From positions 5,890,001 to 5,954,000 of the forward strand of contig CM120641.1 of the NCBI GenBank assembly GCA_051362555.1: a DNA stretch of 64,000 bases. The letters run 5' to 3'. The notes beneath the pieces are model-generated. The model did no database searches, was not told where the DNA came from, and saw only the letters and a list, made by a program, of their open reading frames with translations. The stretch's first letter is position 1, and every line of letters starts with the position of its first letter. The stretch comes from Lingula anatina. Its lineage: Eukaryota > Animalia > Brachiopoda. A program made the position numbers and the translations under genes. This document shows positions 25,677 through 37,213 of the stretch, piece after piece.

Positions 25677-25838
25677 CAGAAACCATTTCAATTTTTAAAA
25701 TTATGGTCCATTTACCGTAAATGAACGTCAGATCCGTAGGCAGAATCTAAACATCATACAATGAGCAGAATTTTAAAAATGCTCGAACAGTTACATGTAT
25801 TATTAATTTTCACTTTCCTCCTTTACCTTTATCATCAC

Positions 25839-26060
25839 CATCATTATTTCATGTCAAAACGATATACCACAGGAAATGCATTTGTTCAATTGTCAGAAGA
25901 CAATGTGCGTCACTGGGCATCGGGAACCTGATTACAAATTTTTAATAGCAGTATTTATTCTTTCCCTTATTTTCATCATTATTTCATGTCCCAGCGATAA
26001 ACCACGGAAACGCACTTATTCAATTTTCAGGAGAAGAATGGCGTGACTGGGCGTCGGGTT
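25839..26060. repeat. Two-copy diverged direct repeat (~85-bp unit, ~135-bp spacing)
   Basis: CATCATTATTTCATGTC...ACCAC.GGAAA.GCA...TTCAATT.TCAG...ACTGGGC.TCGGG occurs at ~25839 and ~25974. Confidence 0.7.
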
Positions 26061-28829
26061 TCTGCAAACAAACTTCAAATTGCATGCTGGACAGCAACAC
26101 GGACAGGGTGGAGGTTCTGAAATCTGAAAATTGTTCGAGAATTTTAGCTTAATTCTGAGAACTGACAAGCTCTTAAAATGCAATTGATGTATTACACATT
26201 ACAGAAGAAAAGGTTTAGTTTAAATCACTTGTAAGCACGTCTTTGTTGGCTTGTCCGAAGTTCTGGCTCAGCTTGTATCGGGGTTGAGCTTTGCCTTACA
26301 ACAAAGTCGTGATATTACGAAATAAATATACTATAAAGTTACCACAGTCGTTATGCTCTTCCCATTCACTTGGATCTATTTACTCTATTAAGAGTTTGGA
26401 AGTTTTATTGCAGATGTTTTCTGATGCATATCTTTCACAGCAGAGCAGGTGAGTTCAAATGACTCCCGCAATATCACGTTTGCTATTTCTCTTTCTATAG
26501 CAAATATATCGTTCATAAATCAACTGCTTTATAATTTAAATGTAAAAAAATATAGGTTTTATGTAGTTGTGGTATAACGTATAAACAAACGGCACACTGG
26601 GGAAAGTAGAGAGCATATACGCAATATTTGTTATATATATCAGTGTCTAATAATCATTGTAAATTTAGATACTCATTGCAATGTGCGTGCGTACGTATGC
26701 GTGTGTTGTTACATGAAAAGTATACTAATCATTTAAAACCCTTGGTTGGCCTTGAAAAAAACCCTCTTGTGCGGCACGCCACGCCAAAGTCTCATCTAAC
26801 ACAAAAATTGACTGTGTAATCAACATGTAAACTTATGCCCTTACACTTAAAAACTTGTCCTTGGAACAAAAGTTTAAAATCATAACATGCTACATCATCT
26901 AAATTGGTCAGTTTTTTGTGATAAAGAAGAAAAGCATTACAAACTTGGTGTACCTTTTTTTCACCCTTTAAAGCTTCACACTTCCTCCAGTGTTTACTTT
27001 TTGTCGCCCGACTAATAACTGACTATTCTGGAAGACAGGTCGCACCGCGATGAGCGACTAAATATGTAAATAATAACAGGTAAGGCTTATTTTAGTTGAG
27101 GAGTTGTGACCGAAACCATTCTCGCATAAGAGTGAATGTGACAGAATTGATAGATTATGATATCTAATACTAGAATAAGTTTTTTCTTCTTTTGATTGAT
27201 GTCTTTGAGGCGTTTAATCGTTATTAAACACCTAAATGTTGCACAATTTCAAAAACATTTAAAGCGAAGAGGCTTATTGCATTTAGGGCCATTCCACAAA
27301 ACTGAACATTTGAACTACGTCTGTGACTCACACGTATTGTGTAATATTTGCATTATTTTGACTTGCCTCATTACTTTCACTTTTTATACTTAAGTACCAT
27401 CCAATAAAGAAAGAAATCAACAGTAATTAAAAAGTAATAAAACAGGGACCCTAGATGTGCTAGGTTAGTTTGATTCGGAGCTTGTCGAACTTATTTCTAT
27501 CGGTCTGGAGACGTGAAACTATGACTGAAAGTTTCCTTAGATTTCCTTTTAAATTGCACTTGCCCAACTCATTTAATATATATAAACTGTTCTTTCTGAA
27601 TATCGAGGATATTTGAATATTGATATTAAAACAACGAAACAGGAAGGCTTATCTTTACCATACTATCAAATAACACCAACCGTAAAGACAAAATATTGCT
27701 CACAAGAAAGCAATTAAAAAAACCTATCATCGCCATGTAGACGATCAAATTTTAGACTTTATTTGTTGAATTCAAGTGAGAAGTAGCCTTCCTGATGTAC
27801 AGGTATTTAGTGTTTTGTAAGTAAGGAAAGAAGTTAATATTTCAGTCCAGATCTACAAAATAATGTAGTTGAAAACAATGAATAACAGCGTAACACAGTA
27901 GATATCAGTTTCTCGTACCTCCAAAATAAAATAACTTTTTGAATTTAGTTTGCATCTGGCGCGATTACTGCATTTCCCATATCTAATATCAATAGACTTG
28001 TGTTCCATTGGAGTGATCGGCAGTGAGCGCAATGAGAGAGAGAGAGATAACCTATAACGGGTCTGACAATTGATGGAATCAGCTTTGATCTACGGTTACT
28101 AATACCTTTTATCGACACTGAAATGATTGTTTGTGCGTGGTTTATAATCACGTTAATAGAGTTACAACAGAAAATGTAAGACAAACGCCATACAACAAAA
28201 CTACGATTTATTCAGATCTTAAAATTTTACAGAGATATTTAATGGCCTACAAAAGTTATAAGAAAAGATGTCCGAATATTGTGGAATGAAATTAAGTATA
28301 TTTTCAATCATACTGTAAATATATATCTTTCTTTTGAACATTCTTTATTTTCCTAAGTGTTTGTGTCAATCACTGAAAATCACAATCCAAAATGCATTAA
28401 TTGTGCTGAGACTCAACTAAACCATTTTAATACCAACAATTACTACAAATAGTGTATGTCACTTTGTTTTCATTTCACTAAAAAACACGTACGTGCAGCA
28501 CGAAGTTATAAGCTAACATTTCCATGATCAGCAAGGCTATTTCCGTCCACAAAGTGTAGATGCATCATTGGGGAAAAGTCTCCCCTCAAAATCTGTACCC
28601 ATTCACGGACATCATCAACCGGCTAACTAAAGCAGTCAAAAGAGGCATCCGTAATCTAACAAACCTCACAGTGTGAAATAGAAAATACAAGCACTCTGCC
28701 AACTGCATTTGGAATGTCAACGTCATTCAACGCGCGACAGGAGACGCTGTGATAGTCAGTAGAGATAGAAAGTAAAATCCGTGTGTGTGTGTGATCTACT
28801 TCAGAAAGTCACCGGTACGGCCCGACTAT

Positions 28830-29867
28830 TCAATGGACTAGGGCCGTAAGAGCGGGAATGAGAAATGCGGCAAGTAGTGAAATTACAGCCGCAGGTGTCT
28901 GGAAAAAATGGAAAATGTGATGATAAGATAATGAACTGGTTCTGCTACTTATGACAAAAAAAAATTAAGTATTCTTCTTTAAAATTTATAAATGATAATA
29001 CGAAAATGCTTCGACCACAAAGACTTTTCTTTTTATTTTTTATACATATTACGCAGTTTTTCTTGATTGTGCAATTATAAGAAATTTATATATATATAAA
29101 CATATATAATAGGAATCTCTTTACCGCTGCGCTGGCCGGTCCAGTGGTGGTCTCTGGCGCCATAGTAGATGCCACCGTCGTATTGTTTTGTGCACAAACT
29201 TAAAAAAAACATAAAGCAATAAAAGTCTAAGTCATTGTACTGTACGTTTCATGAGAACTTTATACCAGAAAATACACATAACATGCTGTGAACATACAGC
29301 ATGAACCAAATAAAAATCAAACACTTTAGTTCTGATTCACAGGTAAAATACAGGTACATGTATATGGCGTTACGCATCTTTGCTCCCAAGTCAAGTCAGA
29401 TCACGATTCCCAGTCACCATTGGTAACTATATCGACATATAAAAACAGCAATAAAATCTCCTCATAATCAATATTTTGATTACAAAAAGGGGCCACACCC
29501 TGAAAAATGTCTATATACCACGTATCGAAGATTTGCCGACGTTAAAAAAACAATCCGTAAGTGGCCTACGCCCATGCAGGCAGGCAGCATACGCCCATTT
29601 GTATACATGGAGTTGGTTCGTTTGTCGCAGACAGTTAACAGAGATTTTGATTTCATTCAGTTTGCAAGTAAGTGTTTTGCTTGAGGATCCAAGAAGAACG
29701 AAACAATTCATTTTGCGTAAGCAAGTTATCAAACACTTTAGATTTATAACAAAATATTTTGACTCAAATTCAAAAGAAAAAAATTCACAAAAAAGAAAAA
29801 TCGATAAAAACGTCTCACCTATCTGAAATAGAGCCAGGACAGCAAGTGCGATCACTATGGTCTTCAT
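28830..29867 (-). CDS. Small secreted, predicted GPI-anchored glycopeptide precursor (63 aa, CD52/CD24-like architecture); exons 29867-29819, 29198-29125, 28898-28830; probable 5'UTR exon ending ~30917
   Basis: Three GT-AG exons (49+74+69=192 nt) with compatible phases give MKTIVIALAVLALFQIVCA-QNNTTVASTMAPETTTGPAS-AATPAAVISLLAAFLIPALTALVH*: a signal peptide, an S/T-rich core with N-x-T sequons, a small-residue omega region and a hydrophobic C-terminus. Confidence 0.8.
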
Positions 29868-32800
29868 GCTGCAGAAATAAGGTCACAACTGAAAGAGTCA
29901 AAGAATGGAAAACAGAATGGGTAAACTGTTCACAAGGCCAGGGGCGCTATTTTTTAAAACAACAAGCCATTCTATTGGCAGGCAGTGTCACGTGAAGGGA
30001 GCAATCCTCAAATTCCGCCCAGTGACAATGAACCCGTTGCAACGGTTTAGTTCACACTTCTGTAGTTAATATGTTCAATCCAAACTAACACCAATTTTTT
30101 CAAAAAACTAAAAAATTAATCAATAAAAAAGGTTTGCTATATTAAAATAGCTGAAGGCAACATTTCTAATACAAGCTGTTCAGTAGGCGGGACGATCACG
30201 CGCTTGCGCCAGCTTGCTCGCCACCCGCCTTAACACAAAACCCCGCCATTACAGTAGAATCATCTACCACAGGATCTTCTCATTTTTCATAATACGAAGA
30301 ACGACAAATCGGTGCATTGATATATTAAGCGCAGTTTAAATCACACTATAAGAATAAAATAAAATCAGCTTTGATGTCTTTCAATGACATTTTTCATCAA
30401 CATATCGACTTGGGGTTGACACGTTGTGCTGTGTGGTGGTGTTTCGAAATTCCTGTTTAACATTAAATTATGCAAAATGTAAGATTGCACTAAACGTAAT
30501 ATTCAAAGTCTCTTTTCCCAAATTTCTTAATGCTTACATGCCGTCGCAGAATCAGAAGCAAAAACAAGCATCCCGATTTGTTAAACCAGTCTGTAATAAT
30601 CTGTCCAAAAAGCCTATTTATTTTCGACTATAATTTGTTACCCAATAATCATAAAAAATTACATTTAGGCGCAATCTTTTGCTTAAAGGACGAACACAAC
30701 GCTTTCATCGATCGCACACAATTAGAATAGCCGTCTTTGGCGCAATCCAATAATCCGTTGCTATGGGTTCCGCAAAATATAATTCCCCGCCATTCATAGG
30801 TCACGGAAGGAAAATAAGAAATAACTGACTTTAGACTCTTGATTTTGTCATATGCCTCTTACAGGTATGAACATTTAACCGATTTTCATTTTGTAAAAAA
30901 GGTAAAATGACCTTACCTGCACGTATCACAGATTAAGCTGAGAGCTGCCACAAACGCACAGTAGATTCTGTGTTCTAGTCTGCAATTCTGTGTCTGATAA
31001 TACCTACGTATGACTAATATTGGAAGAGCTTATCTTTGAAGGGGGAGTCAGGTTAGTCCAACAAAAAATGACTTAATTCCCATGCTCAATGAGAAGGTTT
31101 GCTTCAAGCGAAACGTGATATTAAAATGGCCCGAAGAGAAATTTCCATTTTTTATTATCCGAAATGCACTCACTGGTTACTGGTTAACGCATTAGATTTT
31201 ATAGCCACAGTAAATTTTCTAGGTTTTGTCATAGAACCTATGTCAGTGACACGTTATTGTTGATACAATGTAAATATTTAACTATTATGAGGTATCATAT
31301 AGTTAACTTCCTTACTATACAGCTGCATGGCAGTAGGGTTTTATATATTGAATATTGAGGAGAAGAGGAAAGTTTTAATACCAATATCTTCAGCAAATTA
31401 AAAATAAAATAAAATAAAAAAAAACAATAAAAAAACAAAGCAATAATATACAGGTGCCAAATAATGTTTTAAATTTTTTAATGTTTTAATGTTTAAAAAT
31501 ACAATTGTCCCTAACATATTGTTTAACCGTGAAGTAAAAGCGCTCTGTGGAGAGGGTAAAGATCGTCTTTTCCACCCATTTTCTTACCTGGCAACTTCTA
31601 ACAGCGGGAAGTCGTGTTTTTATTTCTCCTTGGTACCAAATTATAATAACAATACAAGACGGCAAGCGGAAAATCTTTACAAAATGTCAATAGACAGACA
31701 TTCAAAGTAGGTCATGTGCGTTTTCAGGCGAACAGTTGCTTAAGTAAGTGTGGGACAGGTATTGACCTTAACGAGGTCACTAAAAGAGATGTGGGCCGTG
31801 GTTTTCTGCCTGGATCCAAATTTCTAAATTTACTTGAACAGTATAACAAATTTACTGCCCGTCAAACTGTATGGCTACACAGACTCAAAGTAAATCACGA
31901 TTTTTTGATAAAAAAAAAACAATATATAAATTACTGCAAGAGACATGCAAATCATATGAACACGTGTATAATTTAAGGTCTTTTTATTGCTGAAGCTTTC
32001 AATCGACCACTCGATCGATCCTAGTACAAATGTACAGTAGTATTGTACAGAACTGGTGCAAATCCAACATTGCAAAACAGATGACGATCAAGTTTTCAAC
32101 AGACTCACTATGGCAACTGAAGGGCTCTATTTACTCAGTCTATTTGACCGCCACCTCAATTGCCCTAAACATCTTCAGAGCGTTTAAGGTGGAATACTCC
32201 ACACTGACGGATCTGTTGTATTTTTTCAAAGTTGAATCAATAAACGGTGAATGCTGCGTCTAACGTCTCATCTTTACCCTTACTGCCTGTGACATAAAGC
32301 GGGGCATAAGCCTACTGATTGTGAAGAAATACATGTACTTCAGTAATAATGGCTACCCTAATGGAGCAGCTAGTGTGTCACGAATACAATGTAAAGCTGT
32401 CGTACGGAATTGCATGTTTTAACACTGGTTTTCAGGTTCAAAAATATACTAATATGTTCGCATATTAGCCATATAATTCCAGAGTGGAGTCTCAAAAACA
32501 ATGGTATATAAGAAAATGTATCTAATTCATGTATAGAAGGAAATAGTGATGTCAGGACTGCCGATTTTACACAGTTAAAAAACCTAGTTAACCAACTACC
32601 AGACCGTAAAATGGACTGCTTGAATAAATATATTTTTTGAATTACTAGCACACGTTATCACATAAACCTATGGCATACAGATTGTTTTTAAAATATAAAT
32701 AGCAGTTACCCTGTCTTTTTCAGTGTGTTACTTTCTCCTTTTGACAGCTACTGTTAGCCTAAATAACATCCTGAATCACTTTTAATGTACATTCTATGCA

Positions 32801-34406
32801 GTCAATGACAGTTACTTAGAAACAAGTGGATGTTTTCACTTGGAGATATAGAATTATGGAGGGTCTCTTAAATTGCAACGGCTCTCTTATCTATGGAATA
32901 AAAACAAAGTGATATAGCATGTATTTTAATGGTATAAAGTTGCAGCAATTTATACACACAAGTTTGTATTCCGATTTTCAATATGTGCCTCCCATTTTAG
33001 CACCTTTTTGAGCAGTTCTGTTTATTACATTCAGATTACTGGTATTGGTTAACATTCTCTTCAGCAATTCCAACAAATCTTATCCAGATACCTGGACAAC
33101 AACTTAATGTCTATCAAAACTTGTTCAGTCACCATCAATATGGTTTATCCTTTACAGAGACCACGGACATTCTTCTAGCCTATTGCTTAGGTTCGGCTAA
33201 CATCTATATGTATTTTTTAACTTGTTTCATAAAGATCAGACTGAAAATGTTGGTTAAGTTTTCTAAAATGTATTTCTCTCTGTTGTATTTACTATAAATC
33301 TCTTTCCCTGCAATCAACTTGTCACTAATTCATTTTCAAACACTTAATTTTTTTACCAGCCTGCTTGAGTTTGCTGGCAGAAATTGTTGATGAATAGCAA
33401 TCACAAGCCACGCAGCAATAGCTGCATCTGTAATCCTGCAGGAGCAGCTTTATGTAAAGACACTGATACATTAATTACAGCCTCAAGGTATCAAGTTCTG
33501 CTAAGTGGCATGCTAAAGCAGGACTTGTACATCTTAAATTGGCTTCATTATACGAACCAAAAACCTTCTCCATTGTTCCAAAATGACTACAGACAGAAGG
33601 AAACAGATCATTACATGTTGTTTGTGAGTCTTGGACCAATTGTCCAAAAAACAAGCTAAATTCCATCTGGGCTGAAGACATGCAGTGTTTACAATTTCTC
33701 TCCATGAAAAAACTGCATCTTTCCTATTTTAGGAAATCTTAAAATATAAATAGTACTTTGCTGTTGCATACTGCAATAATTACAATAATAATTTCTGCAC
33801 ATATATGTATTGAAAATATATAGTTTTTTTTCACCTGGTGATGTGTATATACAATGATGTAGTAACCCACACTTTGTGGGGATGATAATACGGTAAATTT
33901 TCTGTACAGTCACAAACCTGGTCTAGGTTTGTATGAACCTCGGACACAAAGCAGTCAGTCTATTTCACTGCAGAACTCTCAGAGTGACAGTTTGTGTTTT
34001 GCAGACTTCAGCTGTCCATGAGGACACCTTGCTTTGGTGACATCTGTCTCTGCGTACACATGTGACACCACAGCTGTTTATACAAACATGCCACTGCATG
34101 TCATACTACCATTGCAAGCGTTTTCTTCACAGCCACTCTACTGTTCAAATTCCTCCTGAACACAAGAATGCAAAGTGCATGTCCATTCCAACTTCAGCTG
34201 GAGAAATGTTGGTTTTGTCCACCACTCCAGTCCCCAACACTGTGCTGTACCTGGCTACCACTGGCTGCACTCAGACCCTGCATTGGTCAATCACTACTGG
34301 ACACAATGCCCTGCAAACTGACCAGCCAATGATCAGAGAGGAGATATTTTTAACTATAGCACCATGATCTGGGTTCAAAAACCTCGGGAGTTTCTCATCT
34401 GTGGTG

Positions 34407-37180
34407 TCACAACTCCATCTCCGACCTAGAGTAAAAAATTGTTTAAAAAAATTAAGATATACCTGTATTAAATTTAACAGATAAAAATAATATAATAATA
34501 TAATATAATAATATAATAATATATTTATTTAATAATATATTTATTTAAAGTCTAAAATCCATAAAATATGTTCTGTAGACTTTACAAACTAAAAACTTAA
34601 AACACAGTAAGATGAATTGAATTAATAAAATTATAACTTAATAGTCTGAGTTAAGATAATGATGTCCAGTTAATATTTCCGAGTTATAAAATGTTCTTTA
34701 ATAAAATTTGTGAAAAAGGTATGTTTTTAAAGCTTTTTTAAAATCCTTCACTGAGCTAATGCTTCTCAAGTCTAGAGGTAATTTATTCCACTCATGTGGT
34801 GCTGCGTACTGGAATGATTTTTCACCAAAAGATTTTAGTCTTGCGTTCTGTGGTTTTAGTAATAATTGATCCTTAGATCTTAAGGTACGGTTTGGTGTGT
34901 AATGAGATACAAGATCACAAATAAAATCTGGTGCAAGTCCGTAAAAAGCCGCATGAGCATGAGTTAAAAGTTTGAATAAGATCCGGGCGTTTACAGGTAG
35001 CCAGTGAAGTTGTTTTAATATCGGTGTCATGTGATTCTCCATAGAAGTTCGGGTAAGAAGACGTGCTGATATATTTTGAATGCGTTGGACTTTCTTTGTT
35101 CTTTCTATGCCGCATCCATAAAGCAAGGAGTTACAGTAATCAAGCCTTGATGTTACTAGGGCATGAATGACCGTGGCAGTGGCAGAATCTGTTAAATTAT
35201 TTCGTAGGGAACTGATGTTTCTTATGTGATACAAACAAGATTTTTTCACGTTGGCTATCTGCTTGTCCATGTTTAAAGTAGTATCAAAATACACCCCCAG
35301 ATTTTTTGCATGAGGAGAAACCCCAACTATTGCAGGTCCAATTTGTAGAGATAGTCCTTCAGCTAAGTGTTTTGAGTGTGGTTGAGTGATGACCATGAAT
35401 TCGGTTTTTTCATCATTTAATTTTAGTTTACTTTTGATCATCCATTCTCGCAAATCTGAAATGGCATAGGTCATTCTAGTTATTGCATCTCCAGGCTTAA
35501 GAATATCACAGTTAAGGTACAACTGGGTGTCGTCTGCATATATGTGATAGCCAACTTGATGATATCGTAGTATAGCACCCAAGGGTAGTGTGTAGATGCA
35601 AAATTTAATCGGTCCAAGAACGCTGCCCTGTGGAACACCAAAAATCATCTGCTCAAGATCTGAAAGTACACCGTTGATGGATATCTGCTGTGTTCTACCA
35701 GTAAGATAAGACCGTAGGAGAGACAACGCCTTGTCCTTAATTCCAGCTGATTTCTCGAAGAATGATAGAAGAGTGTCATGGTCAACTGTATCAAATGCTG
35801 CTGAAAGATCTAATAGCACCAGTAAGACCGCAGAATGATTGTCAACACCAGTCAGAAGGTCATTTTTTATTCTCAGAAGAGCAAGCTCAGTGTTATGTTT
35901 TGCTTTATAAGCCGATTGCATTTGTTCCACCAAGTTATTCTGTTTTAGATGGTCAAATAGCCTCGTTGCCATGACTCTTTCAACCACCTTTGACAAGAAA
36001 GAAAGATTACTCACAGGTCTATAGTGATTAAAGACATTATGATCCAAATTATTCTTTTTCAGAAGAGGTTTGATTACTGCCGTTTGAATGAGTCTGGAAA
36101 TATTCCCTCTTTAAAGCATAAGTTCACCAGTTCTGTGATAGGATTTATGACAGTTGGTAGAATCTGGGTCAGCAATGTTGTTGGGATGGGGTCTAAAGAA
36201 CATGATGTCTTTTTTGAACTCGTAATGATTTTTGAGACTTCGGTTACAGTTGTCACACTGAACGCAGAGAGAGTGGATACTGGCCTCGGTAGAAGTTCGG
36301 TTATAGGTGGATGTGATGGACTTGATACTGTGTCCTCCAATAATGACAGATCATCATATATCTTGCCGATCTTTGCAGTATAGAATTTACTCATGCTATT
36401 GGTAAGGTCTTTTAGAGATTCGCAGTCAGGGTGAGATGTCATATCACCCTGACAAAAATCATAATATCAAAGACATTTCTTTGAAGTTCGGTTATAGGTG
36501 GATGTGATGGACTTGATACTGTGTCCTCCAATAATGACAGATCATCATATATCTTGCCGATCTTTGCAGTATAGAATTTACTCATGCTATTGGTAAGGTC
36601 TTTTAGAGATTCGCAGTCAGGGTGAGATGTCATATCACCCTGACAAAAATCATAATATCAAAGACATTTCTTTTTTTATTAAAATGAAAACCCCTCCAAA
36701 TGACTAAATCCATAAGAATACCTAGCAACAAAAATGGCATATGTGATATGAACACCAATAAATCAATAATATTGAAATAAATCAGAATTTAATGAAGAGT
36801 CTAGTCATGTCTTTTGAAAGGCATCCATATTGTGTTGCTATGCTTCCGCCCAATATTTTGTGGTATTTTTGATGTGTGTCTACATGGTAATAAATGCCAC
36901 AGTTTATAGTTTGAAGGTCAACCCTACATGGCTTTCTTGCATAAAACACAGATAAGATAATTTGCTTCCTGGTTAACATTGGATTGGTAAAGCACCATTA
37001 ATCCTTAGAAGAATGTTGAATATCTAAGGAAATTTAGTATAAAGGCCTACTTTAACCTTACTGAAAATGCATGCATCTTTTCTACACACTTACAACCACT
37101 AAATAATGTGTAATGGTACATAAAAAATAGCAGCAATTGTTTAAAAAAAATCATCAACACTAAATAAAGGGATACATATA

Positions 37181-37213
<33 letters not shown>

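Larger units (their letters stand above)
34487..36674 (-). mobile_element. 5'-truncated non-LTR retrotransposon (CR1/L2-group LINE) in the last intron of RasGEF1, sense to the host gene
   Basis: ORF 34698-36047 has RT motifs YRPVSNL, QSAY, LDLSAAFDTVDH, GVPQGSVLGP and YADDTQLY, plus the CR1/L2-type C-terminus (LHWLPV, FKKALKTYLF). Upstream ORF 36074-36442 (CSLDPIPT) joins across a 1-nt frameshift. There is a (TATTA/TAT)n tail at ~34487-34545. No endonuclease or ORF1 is present. Confidence 0.93.

Noticed and set aside
26030-27085. Scattered exon-like splice signals on both strands (26061 minus; 26413-26448 and ~27079 plus)
   Set aside because: They could not be joined into a coherent ORF; the GPI-peptide gene already terminates at 28830.
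29511-29867. 118-aa single-exon ORF starting MKTIVIALAVLALFQIG
   Set aside because: Only the first 49 nt are exonic; the remainder is read-through into the intron after a GTGAGA donor.
30755-30772. RFX X-box-like GTTGCTATGGGTTC upstream of the GPI-peptide coding exons
   Set aside because: Only one half-site matches well, which is expected by chance.
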